Assembly: GCA_036725465.1 (NCBI GenBank)
Contig: DAIMEC010000001.1
Span: forward strand, 1-40,141
Length of the DNA stretch: 40,141 bases
From: Bacillota bacterium
GTDB lineage: Bacteria > Bacillota > Clostridia > Peptostreptococcales > Anaerovoracaceae
Direction: 5' to 3'
Shown here: piece by piece, positions 1 through 8,744 of the stretch
How the letters are laid out: each line of letters opens with the position of its first letter
Numbering within the stretch: the stretch's first letter is position 1
The notes under the pieces: generated by a model
The model's input: the letters and a program-made list of their open reading frames with translations, nothing else
Databases searched by the model: none
What the model was told of the DNA's origin: nothing
Program-made: the position numbers and the translations under genes

Positions 1-1197
1 GCCTACTATTTCTGCATTCGGCTCTTTTGTTGCCCTGCTCTTTACGAATTCGACTCCCATCATGGCGCCTGTCCCTCTCACATCGCCCACGACTTCATAT
101 TTTTCTTTCCATTCATTGAATTTGGCCATGCATTTTTCTGCTATCTTTCTTGCCTTCGCCGGATAATCTTCTTTTTCCATAACATTTATCACGGCAAGGG
201 AGGATGCACATGAAAGGGGATTACCGCAGTATGTTCCGCCGATCGTTCCGGGTGTTACGTCATCCATTATTTCTGTGCTTGTAACTACTGCAGAAAGAGG
301 CATACCGCCTGCTATGGATTTTGCTATCACCATTATATCGGGAGCAAATCCCGCTTCTTTGTAGTAGTCTGATACAAACATTCTGCCGGAACGGGCAAAA
401 CCTGTCTGGACTTCATCGGTTATCATCATTATTCCATGCTTGTCACATATCTGCCTTACTGCTTTTACCCATTCCATGGGTGCAGGTATGAATCCGCCTT
501 CTCCCTGAACGGGCTCAAACAGGATAGCTGCCACACTGTCAGCAGGAGCCGCTTCTATAAATGCCATTTCAAGTTTGTTAACATAGTATTTTATTGCCTC
601 TTCATCTGTCATGGAATCATCGGGTCTTCTGTACATGTTGGGAAAATCCACTCTGTATATACCATCAGGGAACGGGCCCATTCCTATTGCGTAGGCCTTC
701 TTACCGGTCATCGTCATGGTCAGCTGGGTCCTTCCGTGGAAAGCTCCTGAAAATACTATGATGTTTGGTCTTCCGGTATAGCTTCTTGCGATTTTTACTG
801 CGTTTTCATCGGCTTCAGCTCCCGAATTTACGAACATGGTCTTTTTCTTGTCCCCTTTTACGGGTGCTATTGAATTGATTTTTTCTGCAAGAGTTATATA
901 GGGTTCATGTGTGGTTATATTCATCATTGCGTGGAAAAATTTTTCTGACTGACCCTTCACTGCATCTATCAGTTCCGGCTGGCTGTAACCTATGTTAAGT
1001 ACTCCTACTCCTCCGATCCAGTCCAGCAGTATATTGCCGTCAACGTCTTCTATCATTGCGCCTTCACCGCGTTTTATCACCAGCGGATATGTGCATTTGA
1101 TAGCATTTGGCATTGCCGCTTCTCTTCTTTTTATTATCTCCTGGGCCTTTGGTCCCGGCAGCGGCATGTTAACTTTTGGTAGTGCTTCTCTCAACAT
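1..1197 (-). CDS. Class III PLP aminotransferase, GabT type (4-aminobutyrate / beta-alanine:2-oxoglutarate transaminase family). The 3' end is truncated by the window edge.
   Basis: The minus-strand frame is open from the ATG at 1197 to position 1 (399 codons). It is absent from the ORF track because it has no in-window stop. GGAGGA lies 6 nt upstream of the ATG. My own translation gives MLREALPKVNMPLPGPKAQ..., TDEVQTGFARSGRMFVSDYY and VIAKSIAGGMPLS (PLP-lysine context), which are typical GabT-family motifs. Confidence 0.85.
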   Translation of the reverse strand, partial: MLREALPKVNMPLPGPKAQEIIKRREAAMPNAIKCTYPLVIKRGEGAMIEDVDGNILLDWIGGVGVLNIGYSQPELIDAVKGQSEKFFHAMMNITTHEPYITLAEKINSIAPVKGDKKKTMFVNSGAEADENAVKIARSYTGRPNIIVFSGAFHGRTQLTMTMTGKKAYAIGMGPFPDGIYRVDFPNMYRRPDDSMTDEEAIKYYVNKLEMAFIEAAPADSVAAILFEPVQGEGGFIPAPMEWVKAVRQICDKHGIMMITDEVQTGFARSGRMFVSDYYKEAGFAPDIMVIAKSIAGGMPLSAVVTSTEIMDDVTPGTIGGTYCGNPLSCASSLAVINVMEKEDYPAKARKIAEKCMAKFNEWKEKYEVVGDVRGTGAMMGVEFVKSRATKEPNAEIVG

Positions 1198-1224
1198 TTT
1201 TGAATCCTCCATTTTAAAATAAAT

Positions 1225-3036
1225 TTATAAAAGTCTCTTGTTTATATCCAGCTCTGCGAGCTTGCGATACAGTGTTGCTCTTGATAGTCCCAGTTCCTTT
1301 GCCACAGTTTCTTTTCCGTCACCGCCTGCACTGTGCTTTCTGAATTTCTTAAGGATTATCTCTCGTTCATATTCTTTTATCTGATCTGCCAGAGGCAGAT
1401 CGCTGTCTGAAACGCTGATAATGTTTTCTTCGGATCTTTGAAGTCTCATGGGTACATCATCCATTCCGACGATCTCGCCAAAAGCCATATTTGTACTGTA
1501 TTCAATGGCATTTTCAAGTTCTCTTACATTGCCCGGCCAGTCATAGGTCATATAAAGATCTCTTACTTCATCTGTGAATCCTCTGAGTTTTCGGTTCATA
1601 TATTTATTGTATTTCTTCAGGAAATGATCCATGAAAAGTTCTACATCTTCTTTTCTTTCCCTTAAGGGAGGAATATCTATGGGGATCACACTTAACCGGT
1701 AAAAGAGATCTTCTCTGAAAGTGCCTTCTTTGATCATTTCTTCCAGATTTCTGTTTGTGGCTGCTATTACCCTCACATTGACCATTATGGACTTATTGCC
1801 GCCCACCCTTTCAAATCTCATATTCTGCAGCACATGAAGGATCTTTACCTGAAGATGTGACGGCATATCGCCGATCTCATCAAGAAAAATCGTCCCCCCG
1901 TCAGCCATCTCGAATTTACCTATCTTACCTTTTTCCGATGCTCCTGTGAACGCTCCTTTTTCGTATCCGAAAAGCTCACTTTCAAGGAGATTTTCGGGGA
2001 TCGCTCCGCAGTTTACTGTCACAAAGGGCTGTCCCGCCCTGGGTCCGGAATAATGTATTGCCTTGGCAAACATTTCTTTCCCTGTGCCGCTTTCACCTGT
2101 GATAAGAACTGTTGAATCTCCTCTTGCTGTTATCAGTGCCTGATTCTTGGCTCTTGTTATGGATCCGCTTTTGCCTATTATATCATCAAAAGTGTTTTTT
2201 ACTTTTCTTATGTTTATGTGATATGCCAGTTTTTCTGCTTCCTCAATGTCTCTGAATGAAAGGACTACTCCTTCTATCTCGTTGCCGGAAAAATACGGCT
2301 TTGCCGTAACTATTGCATGAAGTCCGCCCCGCTCACCTCTGTAAAGCTCTTCGTTTTCTGTGTAGCCCTTGCCGGTTTTGAAAACATCAAGGGCAGGTGA
2401 ACTGAGCATGTACTTGTTTATATGTTCTCCTATGATATCGTTTTTTGTGGTTTTGAGCAGTTCCGCCGCCGTACTGTTGCAGTGTCTGATATAGCCTCCC
2501 TTATCAATGGCAAATATCCCTTCGTGGGCCGTCTCAAGAACCGTTATCATTTCTTTCCTTGAAAGTTCCGTCATCTGAAGGTCTTCCTGCTGTGCTGCCT
2601 TGGCTGCCAGGAGATCTGCCATTTTTTCCACAAAGGTGACCATGCTTCTGTCTTTGTCCAATAAAATTCCCCGCTGCTCTTCGTTAAAAGCAACGAGGCC
2701 TATTATTCCTATGATCTCATCATTTCTTTTTATTGGAGTGCATATCTCGGCCAGTTCGCCAACTGTTTTTGCCCTGTCTTTTTGTTCATCATAAAACCGT
2801 TCGCTTCTGGTATCTTCGACATACTGTGTGACACCGTTGCGCAAGACCCTGGCATAAAGAAAATTTCCGTCCAGCTTTCCGGCTTCCTCTTTCTGACCTA
2901 TCATATCAGAATAAAGCCCTGTACCTCCGATAATAGTAAGAGATGAATCAACTATCTCCACCTCTACCCCAACAGCAATACTGATGGCTTCTGCCACTTG
3001 CTGAACACTTATTGAAATATCCTGCAATAAAGACAT
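1225..3036 (-). CDS. Sigma-54-dependent transcriptional activator (enhancer-binding protein) with N-terminal sensory (GAF-like) domain, PAS domain, AAA+ domain and C-terminal Fis-type HTH.
   Basis: Walker A GESGTGKE, the sigma-54 contact motif GAFTGA, a PAS-like stretch [21 protein letters not shown], and C-terminal [20 protein letters not shown] moved the start from the GTG at 3060 to the ATG at 3036 ([10 protein letters not shown]). That ATG has GGGAG 7 nt upstream, and the GTG sits directly next to the predicted -10 element. Confidence 0.9.
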   Translation of the reverse strand: MSLLQDISISVQQVAEAISIAVGVEVEIVDSSLTIIGGTGLYSDMIGQKEEAGKLDGNFLYARVLRNGVTQYVEDTRSERFYDEQKDRAKTVGELAEICTPIKRNDEIIGIIGLVAFNEEQRGILLDKDRSMVTFVEKMADLLAAKAAQQEDLQMTELSRKEMITVLETAHEGIFAIDKGGYIRHCNSTAAELLKTTKNDIIGEHINKYMLSSPALDVFKTGKGYTENEELYRGERGGLHAIVTAKPYFSGNEIEGVVLSFRDIEEAEKLAYHINIRKVKNTFDDIIGKSGSITRAKNQALITARGDSTVLITGESGTGKEMFAKAIHYSGPRAGQPFVTVNCGAIPENLLESELFGYEKGAFTGASEKGKIGKFEMADGGTIFLDEIGDMPSHLQVKILHVLQNMRFERVGGNKSIMVNVRVIAATNRNLEEMIKEGTFREDLFYRLSVIPIDIPPLRERKEDVELFMDHFLKKYNKYMNRKLRGFTDEVRDLYMTYDWPGNVRELENAIEYSTNMAFGEIVGMDDVPMRLQRSEENIISVSDSDLPLADQIKEYEREIILKKFRKHSAGGDGKETVAKELGLSRATLYRKLAELDINKRLL

Positions 3037-3061
3037 ATCCTGCTCCCTATTCCGTGACACA

Positions 3062-3070
3062 ATTATATCA
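3062..3070 (-). promoter_or_regulatory. Extended -10 sigma-A promoter element (TGaTATAAT) for the sigma-54 activator gene.
   Basis: The minus strand reads aaatgTGaTATAATtgtgtcacgg immediately upstream of the activator RBS. No good -35 was seen. Confidence 0.4.
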
Positions 3071-3129
3071 CATTTGTCTCATTCTTGATATTATTTTTTT
3101 TGTTTTTTTAATTATATTTTTTCTTTGTC

Positions 3130-4827
3130 TCAATTTTGTTCATCCCTGTCGGTCAGGACAGAACCAAGACTCAGAGATGCCTTTTCCAACTGTAGGACGA
3201 TGTTGTTTATGTCCACCAATTTCTTTGGGGAAATCTCACTTCCCACGGAAAGACTTGTATTATAAAGGGATTTTTCTATGTACTCATGGACATCTGCGAT
3301 CCTTTTTCTTATGGTCTCCATCGTTTCTTCATCAAGGGCATCTGCCAGAGCCTCTTCCTTGCTCAGCATTTCTCCGTGATCCAGTTCAAATTCGGATATG
3401 CCCTCAACGGTAACGATATCATAACCCAGCTTTTCTTTTATTGCCGCAGCAAGATCGGCTTTGGCATCAGTCTCGCCATGTACCAGAAATATCTGTTTTG
3501 GTTCCTTTATAAATCCGCTTATCCATTCCAGAAGTCCTTCTCTGTCTGCATGAGCAGAAAATCCTTCCAGATCATATATTTCTGCGTTGACATGTATTTC
3601 TTCTCCGAAAAGTGTCACGTCTTTCAGCCCGTTAAGAAGATTCCTTCCCAGTGTTCCTTCCGCCTGATATCCCACAAAGACTACACTGGATTTGGGATCC
3701 CACAGATTATGTTTGAGATGGTGTCTTATCCTGCCTGCCTCACACATGCCACTAGCGGAAATGATTATCTTGGGTTCCCGGTTCATGTTAAGCGCCCTTG
3801 AATCGTCACTGGTTCTTGTGAATTTCAGGTTTTTGAAGTCCAGAGGATTATCTCCCTTAAGTATATATTCCTTTGTTTCCTCATCAAATACCTGCGCATT
3901 CTTTTTGAACACTTCTGTGGCAGTGGTGGCCATGGGGCTGTCTATATATACATTTATTTTATCCAGCTTTTCTTTGTACTGTTCGTTTTCCTCATAAAAA
4001 CGATTGAACTCAAAAATCAGTTCCTGGGTCCTACCCACTGCAAACGAAGGTATGACCACCGTTCCTCCCCTATCTGTGGTTTTTATTACAATATCAAGCA
4101 ACTGATCTATGCTGGCGGAGTTTTCGGGATGCAGCCTGTTGCCATAGGTGGCTTCCATAATAAGATAATCCGCTTTTTTTATGATTTTCGGGTTTCTTAA
4201 TATGGGCCTGTCCATCACTCCCAGATCCCCGGAAAAAACTATCTTGGAGATTTTTTCCTTGCCGTTTTCCTGCTGTTCATTCTGACCGTTTTCACCGGTT
4301 TTTTCTTTTACCCAAATCTCCGTTATGGCGGAACCGAGGATATGTCCGGCTTCATTGAATACAGCTTCCATTTCATCATTTATCTTAAACAGCTGGTCGT
4401 ATAGCACCGGGAAAGTCAGTTTTAATGCCTCCTCGGAATCCTTGATAGTATATAGAGGTTCAACCAAAGACCTTCCTGCTCTTTCATTTTTGCGGTTCTG
4501 CCACTCCGCCTCCTTTTCGTGTATATATGCACTGTCCTTCAGCATAACGGGAAGAAGATCTGCCGTTGCGTCAGTACAGAATATTTTGCCCTTAAACCCT
4601 CGCTTGACCAGAAGAGGAAGTCTGCCGCAATGGTCTATATGGGCATGGCTTAAAAGAACACATTCTATTTCTTTGGGTTCAAAAGGAAATTCATCGAAAT
4701 TCTGGGCCTCCTGCTGTTTCCCCCCCTGGAACTGACCACAGTCCAACAGTATTTTGTGCCCTCCTGCAATAAGAAGATGACAGGAGCCTGTAACTCCAAG
4801 CGCTGCTCCGCAAAATTTAATGTGCAT
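3130..4827 (-). CDS. Metallo-beta-lactamase fold, beta-CASP family RNA-metabolising hydrolase (CPSF/RNase J-like).
   Basis: HAHIDHCG (HxHxDH) motif near the N-terminus, a length of 565 aa with a beta-CASP-like middle region, and a late HGE and HAD histidine context (FLVHGE, FSAHADREGL). RBS AAGGAGG lies upstream of the ATG at 4827. Confidence 0.8.
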   Translation of the reverse strand: MHIKFCGAALGVTGSCHLLIAGGHKILLDCGQFQGGKQQEAQNFDEFPFEPKEIECVLLSHAHIDHCGRLPLLVKRGFKGKIFCTDATADLLPVMLKDSAYIHEKEAEWQNRKNERAGRSLVEPLYTIKDSEEALKLTFPVLYDQLFKINDEMEAVFNEAGHILGSAITEIWVKEKTGENGQNEQQENGKEKISKIVFSGDLGVMDRPILRNPKIIKKADYLIMEATYGNRLHPENSASIDQLLDIVIKTTDRGGTVVIPSFAVGRTQELIFEFNRFYEENEQYKEKLDKINVYIDSPMATTATEVFKKNAQVFDEETKEYILKGDNPLDFKNLKFTRTSDDSRALNMNREPKIIISASGMCEAGRIRHHLKHNLWDPKSSVVFVGYQAEGTLGRNLLNGLKDVTLFGEEIHVNAEIYDLEGFSAHADREGLLEWISGFIKEPKQIFLVHGETDAKADLAAAIKEKLGYDIVTVEGISEFELDHGEMLSKEEALADALDEETMETIRKRIADVHEYIEKSLYNTSLSVGSEISPKKLVDINNIVLQLEKASLSLGSVLTDRDEQN

Positions 4828-4849
4828 AAATGATCCTCCTTATATCTTT

Positions 4850-5788
4850 TTATAAATCAAAAAGTCCCGAAGAAAGATACCTCTCTCCGGTATCAGGCAA
4901 AATAACGATTATGTTTTTATCTTTGTTTTCTTTTTTTGAAGCCAGCACAGATGCAGCATATAATGCCGCTCCTGAGGATATGCCTGCAAGTATGCCTTCA
5001 GTTTTCGCAAGTTTCTTTGCAGTATCAAATGCGTCTTCATCACTTACCTTCATCACTTCGCTGATTACGGACCTGTCAAGTATATCCGGTATAAAGCCCG
5101 CTCCTATGCCCTGTATCCCATGGGGGCCGGAAGTACCACCGGTCAGTACGTTGGATTTTTTTGGTTCTACTGCAACGATCTTTACTGCGGGGTTCTTGTT
5201 TTTCAGAAAACGGCCTGCTCCGGTTATGGTGCCGCCGGTACCCACACCTGAAACAAATATATCTACTTTTCCTCCGGAGTCTTTCCATATTTCAGGCCCG
5301 GTAGTTTCGAAATGGGCTTTTGGATTTGCCATATTTGTAAACTGACCCGGCATGAATGCTCCCCGGGTCTCACTTGTCAGGTTTTCTGCTTTTTCTATTG
5401 CGCCTCTCATTCCCCGGGTGCCTTCTGTAAGATAAAGTTCTGCTCCGTATGCAGAAAGCAGATCTCTTCTCTCCCTGCTCATGCTGTCGGGCATGACAAG
5501 TATGGTCTTATAGCCCTTTGCTCCCGCCACCAGGGCCAGCCCTATGCCCGTATTTCCGCTGGTCGGTTCAATTATAACACTGCCCTTTTTCAGCAGTCCT
5601 TTTTTTTCCGCATCCTCTATCATATAAAGAGCGGTTCTGTCCTTTATGCTTCCTCCCGGATTTTTCCCTTCGATCTTTGCATATATGTTCCCCGAAGAGA
5701 TTGTGCCGTCATCCTTTGAAAACTCATATCTGCTTAAATAAACAAGAGGTGTATTCCCTATTGTTTTTATTATATTCTTATAAAGCAT
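4850..5788 (-). CDS. cysK: Cysteine synthase A (O-acetylserine sulfhydrylase), PLP-dependent.
   Basis: IGNTPLVYL, KIEGKNPGGSIKDR (PLP lysine), EPTSGNTGIGLA and GVGTGGTITG motifs. The protein is 312 aa. Only 22 nt separate it from the downstream beta-CASP gene. Confidence 0.9.
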   Translation of the reverse strand: MLYKNIIKTIGNTPLVYLSRYEFSKDDGTISSGNIYAKIEGKNPGGSIKDRTALYMIEDAEKKGLLKKGSVIIEPTSGNTGIGLALVAGAKGYKTILVMPDSMSRERRDLLSAYGAELYLTEGTRGMRGAIEKAENLTSETRGAFMPGQFTNMANPKAHFETTGPEIWKDSGGKVDIFVSGVGTGGTITGAGRFLKNKNPAVKIVAVEPKKSNVLTGGTSGPHGIQGIGAGFIPDILDRSVISEVMKVSDEDAFDTAKKLAKTEGILAGISSGAALYAASVLASKKENKDKNIIVILPDTGERYLSSGLFDL

Positions 5789-5820
5789 AATTTTACCTCT
5801 ATCATCATCCCACGCTTTGT

Positions 5821-5829
5821 ATTATAACA
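5821..5829 (-). promoter_or_regulatory. Extended -10 promoter element (TGtTATAAT) upstream of cysK.
   Basis: The minus strand reads ttttcgTGtTATAATacaaagcg, about 35 nt upstream of the cysK ATG and just downstream of the preA terminator. Confidence 0.4.
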
Positions 5830-5886
5830 CGAAAACATTTATGAATGTATCCTTTGATTCTTATATTTTTCTCTTTGCATATTCAT

Positions 5887-5923
5887 ATAAAAAATGACCG
5901 TCCCTCTTTGAAGAGACGGTCAT
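5887..5923 (-). terminator. Rho-independent terminator after preA.
   Basis: On the minus strand: ATGACCGTCTCTTCAAAGAGGGACGGTCAT followed by TTTTTTAT. It lies 36 nt downstream of the preA stop. Confidence 0.8.
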
Positions 5924-5958
5924 TCAATACTGATTAGGATCAGTTGGCGGGTTTTTTA

Positions 5959-7251
5959 TCAGTCAAAGTGCTGCTTTGTAGCAACTTTTACCTTTTTCCT
6001 TCCCTTCTTCCATTTGATTTCTCCTGTTGTGATGCAATCCTGTACCGGACAAACATTCAAACAAAGCTGGCATCCCACACAGTCATCTTCAAGGAGTACG
6101 GGTCTTCTTTTCTTTTCATCCCAGTCAATGGCCTGATGTGCTGCATCATAGCAGGATATGTAACATCTGCCGCATCCAACACATTTTTTGTTGTCGAATT
6201 TCGGGAGTACTTTGAAATCTCTGTTCAGTTCCTCTGCCGGAATCAGATTGGGAAGAACGCATCCGATGAAATCGTCAAGTTTATTGTAACCTTTTTCTTC
6301 CATAAAATGCATCATGCCGCTTATCATATCTTCAACTATCCTGTATCCATACTGCATTATAGCAGTAGTTACCTGAACGTTTCTGCATCCTACCGACAGG
6401 AATTCAGCTGCATCTTTCCATGTCTCGATACCACCTATACCTGACATTTCATGACCATAACCGAAATCCTTCTTGTTGGCTTTCAGAAGTTTGTTCATTT
6501 CCGGATCCTGCATTACCTGTGCACAGAATCTCAGCGCAATGGGTCTTACTGCTGCCCCGGAATAACCGGATATAGAAGATTTGCCATTAACTACCGGCAT
6601 ACCGGTATTGTTTTCGAAATCCACATTCGTTATGGACTTGATCGTATTAATTGCGGATACCGCTGCTGCCCCTCCCTTTATGGCTGCCCTTGCGGGTTCT
6701 TCCATGTTTTTGCAGTTAGGTGTCATCTTTGCTATGAAGGGGATATTTGTTGTTTCTGAAACAGCTTTTGAATATGCTTCCACCAGTTTAACATTGGTTC
6801 CCACATCAGAACCCATGTCATGGGAAGTCATCTGGGGACATGAGAAGTTACCTTCAATCAGGTCTGCTCCTGCCTGGTCCGCCATTTTAGCCAGATCTCT
6901 CCATTCTTTGTCGCTGCTTCCCATTATGGATGCAACAACAACTTTGTCCGGATAATCCTTTTTGAGTTTATAAATATACTCAAAGTTCTTTTCTGTCGGT
7001 TTGTCTGATATCTGTTCCATGTTTTTGAAACCGAGCCAGGGAATTCCTTCTTTATTCGTCTGGTCAAACCTGGGTGAACATTCGTCTGCAACGAATATAC
7101 CTACAGTTTTGAAGAATACTCCGCCCCAGCCTGTCTCAAAGCATTTGGCTACCATGTCATAACAGCCGCCAACGGGTGATGATGAAAGGAAGAACGGATT
7201 TTCGCAATCAACTCCCAGATATTTTATTGATAAATCTTTTTTAACTGCCAT
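5959..7251 (-). CDS. preA: Dihydropyrimidine dehydrogenase PreA-like subunit (dihydroorotate-dehydrogenase-fold FMN domain plus C-terminal 2x[4Fe-4S] ferredoxin domain).
   Basis: 430 aa. The N-terminal region (FFLSSSPVG, FKTV, IASIMG) resembles a class 1 DHODH/DPD domain. The C-terminus carries CVGCGRCYISC and CVGCQLCLNVCP cluster motifs. There is a 1-nt gap after the upstream GltD-like gene, the same pairing as the E. coli preT-preA genes. Confidence 0.8.
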   Translation of the reverse strand: MAVKKDLSIKYLGVDCENPFFLSSSPVGGCYDMVAKCFETGWGGVFFKTVGIFVADECSPRFDQTNKEGIPWLGFKNMEQISDKPTEKNFEYIYKLKKDYPDKVVVASIMGSSDKEWRDLAKMADQAGADLIEGNFSCPQMTSHDMGSDVGTNVKLVEAYSKAVSETTNIPFIAKMTPNCKNMEEPARAAIKGGAAAVSAINTIKSITNVDFENNTGMPVVNGKSSISGYSGAAVRPIALRFCAQVMQDPEMNKLLKANKKDFGYGHEMSGIGGIETWKDAAEFLSVGCRNVQVTTAIMQYGYRIVEDMISGMMHFMEEKGYNKLDDFIGCVLPNLIPAEELNRDFKVLPKFDNKKCVGCGRCYISCYDAAHQAIDWDEKKRRPVLLEDDCVGCQLCLNVCPVQDCITTGEIKWKKGRKKVKVATKQHFD

Positions 7252-7252
7252 C

Positions 7253-8518
7253 CTACTTCACTCCTTTCTGTAAGAATTCTATTATCGAGGCGGCTGCTTC
7301 TTTGCCGGAAGCTACGGCTTCAACAACTGTCTTTCCGCCATTTACGATATCTCCGCCGGCAAAATATTTCTTGCTGCTGGTCTTGCCCTTTGCAGTGGCT
7401 TTTATCATGCCCTTCTCTGTAAGCTTGACGGGAGCCAGTTCTGAGAAGTCCTCAGCACCCTGTCCTATGGCAAATACAACTGTATTGGCTTCAAGCTTCA
7501 ATTCCGAGCTTTCGGTCACCTTTGGTCTGCCTTTGAACTTGACGGCTTCCACCTTGTTTGTTCCCAGAACACTGGAAGGTGCCATGTTAGTTGTGATGCC
7601 TATTCCCAGGGAAAGGGCATACTGGAATTCCGTCATGTTTCCGGGAGCCTCTTCGAGAGTTCTCCTGTAAACTATGCGAACATCTTCTGCTCCCAGAAGT
7701 TTTGCAGTCACTGCACAGTCTACAGCAACATCTCCGCCGCCTACTACTACGACTTTTTTGCCAGGTTTGAAAGTTTTCTTTGTTCTTGCCTGTTTAAGAA
7801 AATCCGCTGCTGCGTATACACCCTTAAGGTTAGTTCCTTTGATAGGAGGAACTTTTGCTCCCCAAAGGCCAACACCAACGAAAACAGCATCAAATGCTTC
7901 CAGCTCGGCAGGCTTTACTTTCTTGCCGAGAACGAATTTCACTCCCAGTCCTTTGACCTGAGCTATGTCATGATCCACGACTTTCTGAGGCAGTCTCGTG
8001 GGAACTATTCCGTATGTCATGACTCCGCCGGCTTTTTCTTCTCTGTCAAAAACAGTTACTTTGTAGCCCGCTTTAGCCAGCTCCGCGGCACATGCCAGTG
8101 ATGCCGGTCCGGCACCTACACATGCAACTTTCTCTTTCATTTTCTTTGCGGGAGCCTTCAGCGTCTTCATCTTGAAGATCTTTTCCTGTTCGATCGCGTA
8201 TCTCTGAAGTTTACCTATCTGAATGGGTTTGTCAATACCACATCTGCTGCAAGCTTCTTCGCAAAGTCTGTCGTAGGGACATATCCTTGCGCATGATCCG
8301 CCAAGAATGTTGTTTTCTCTGATGGTCTCTGCGGCACCTTTTGCATTTCTGAATCTTATCGATCTGATAAATTTCCCGGGGTCGGTCCCTGCGGGACAAC
8401 CCTCACTGCAAGGTGCATCATGGCAGAGTAAACATCTTGCTGCTTCTTCCATAGCTGTCCTGTGATTGAATCCAGCCTGGGCTTCAGCAGTGTACTTAGC
8501 TTTTTCTACTTTACTCAA
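7253..8518 (-). CDS. preT: PreT-like NAD(P)H-dependent oxidoreductase subunit (glutamate synthase small-subunit/GltD fold with N-terminal Fe-S motifs).
   Basis: N-terminal CLLCHDAPCSEGCP and CARICP...CEEAC cysteine motifs, dinucleotide folds VACVGAGPASLACA and VVVVGGGDVAVDCA, 421 aa. The apparent start is TTG, with AAGGAGGAG 6 nt upstream. Confidence 0.8.
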   Translation of the reverse strand: MSKVEKAKYTAEAQAGFNHRTAMEEAARCLLCHDAPCSEGCPAGTDPGKFIRSIRFRNAKGAAETIRENNILGGSCARICPYDRLCEEACSRCGIDKPIQIGKLQRYAIEQEKIFKMKTLKAPAKKMKEKVACVGAGPASLACAAELAKAGYKVTVFDREEKAGGVMTYGIVPTRLPQKVVDHDIAQVKGLGVKFVLGKKVKPAELEAFDAVFVGVGLWGAKVPPIKGTNLKGVYAAADFLKQARTKKTFKPGKKVVVVGGGDVAVDCAVTAKLLGAEDVRIVYRRTLEEAPGNMTEFQYALSLGIGITTNMAPSSVLGTNKVEAVKFKGRPKVTESSELKLEANTVVFAIGQGAEDFSELAPVKLTEKGMIKATAKGKTSSKKYFAGGDIVNGGKTVVEAVASGKEAAASIIEFLQKGVK

Positions 8519-8659
8519 TTTCTACTCCTCCTTTGATACATAACTAATATTTGCTGACGCGAAGGCGCCGAATAAAATATATATTAGTTCTTTTTTGTCG
8601 TTCATTTGAATGACGATGTTCTCTAATTCTAACATACTTCTGCATAAATGCAAGTTGAA

Positions 8660-8674
8660 CAGCACCTCTGCCGG
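8660..8674 (-). promoter_or_regulatory. Candidate sigma-54 (-24/-12) promoter upstream of preT-preA.
   Basis: The minus strand reads cCGGCAGaggtgCTGCTg. This gives GG and GC with the canonical 10-nt separation (GGCA-N8-TGC) against the consensus TGGCAC-N5-TTGCW. It lies about 140 nt upstream of the preT start, and a sigma-54 activator is encoded in the same window. The flanking consensus positions are imperfect. Confidence 0.35.
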
Positions 8675-8686
8675 TAAATATCCGGT

Positions 8687-8740
8687 GTAAAAAATACATC
8701 CGGCGGGAAGACTTCCCGACGGATGTATTATATTTTTTTT
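8687..8740 (-). terminator. Rho-independent terminator after the M20 hydrolase gene. It looks bidirectional, with A-run and T-run flanks.
   Basis: ATACATCCG-G-CGGGAAG / CTTCCCG-A-CGGATGTAT inverted repeat. T-runs follow the stem on both strands, and it begins 5 nt after the stop at 8745. Confidence 0.8.
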
Positions 8741-8744
8741 GGAC

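Noticed and set aside
3037-3060. N-terminal extensions given by the ORF track for several genes: starts at 3060, 10100, 15690, 16209, 22349, 24969 and 33632.
   Set aside because: In each case a downstream ATG or GTG has a properly spaced GGAGG-type RBS and matches the family N-terminus or a signal peptide. The upstream start lacks an RBS, collides with a promoter or overlaps the preceding gene.
5789-5886. A T-box, S-box or other riboswitch leader upstream of cysK. The same was considered upstream of proS at 13987-14056 and greA/lysS at 28810-28893.
   Set aside because: The leaders are only about 35-100 nt after subtracting promoter and terminator. That is too short for these elements, and no specifier, T-box or antiterminator sequence was recognisable by eye.
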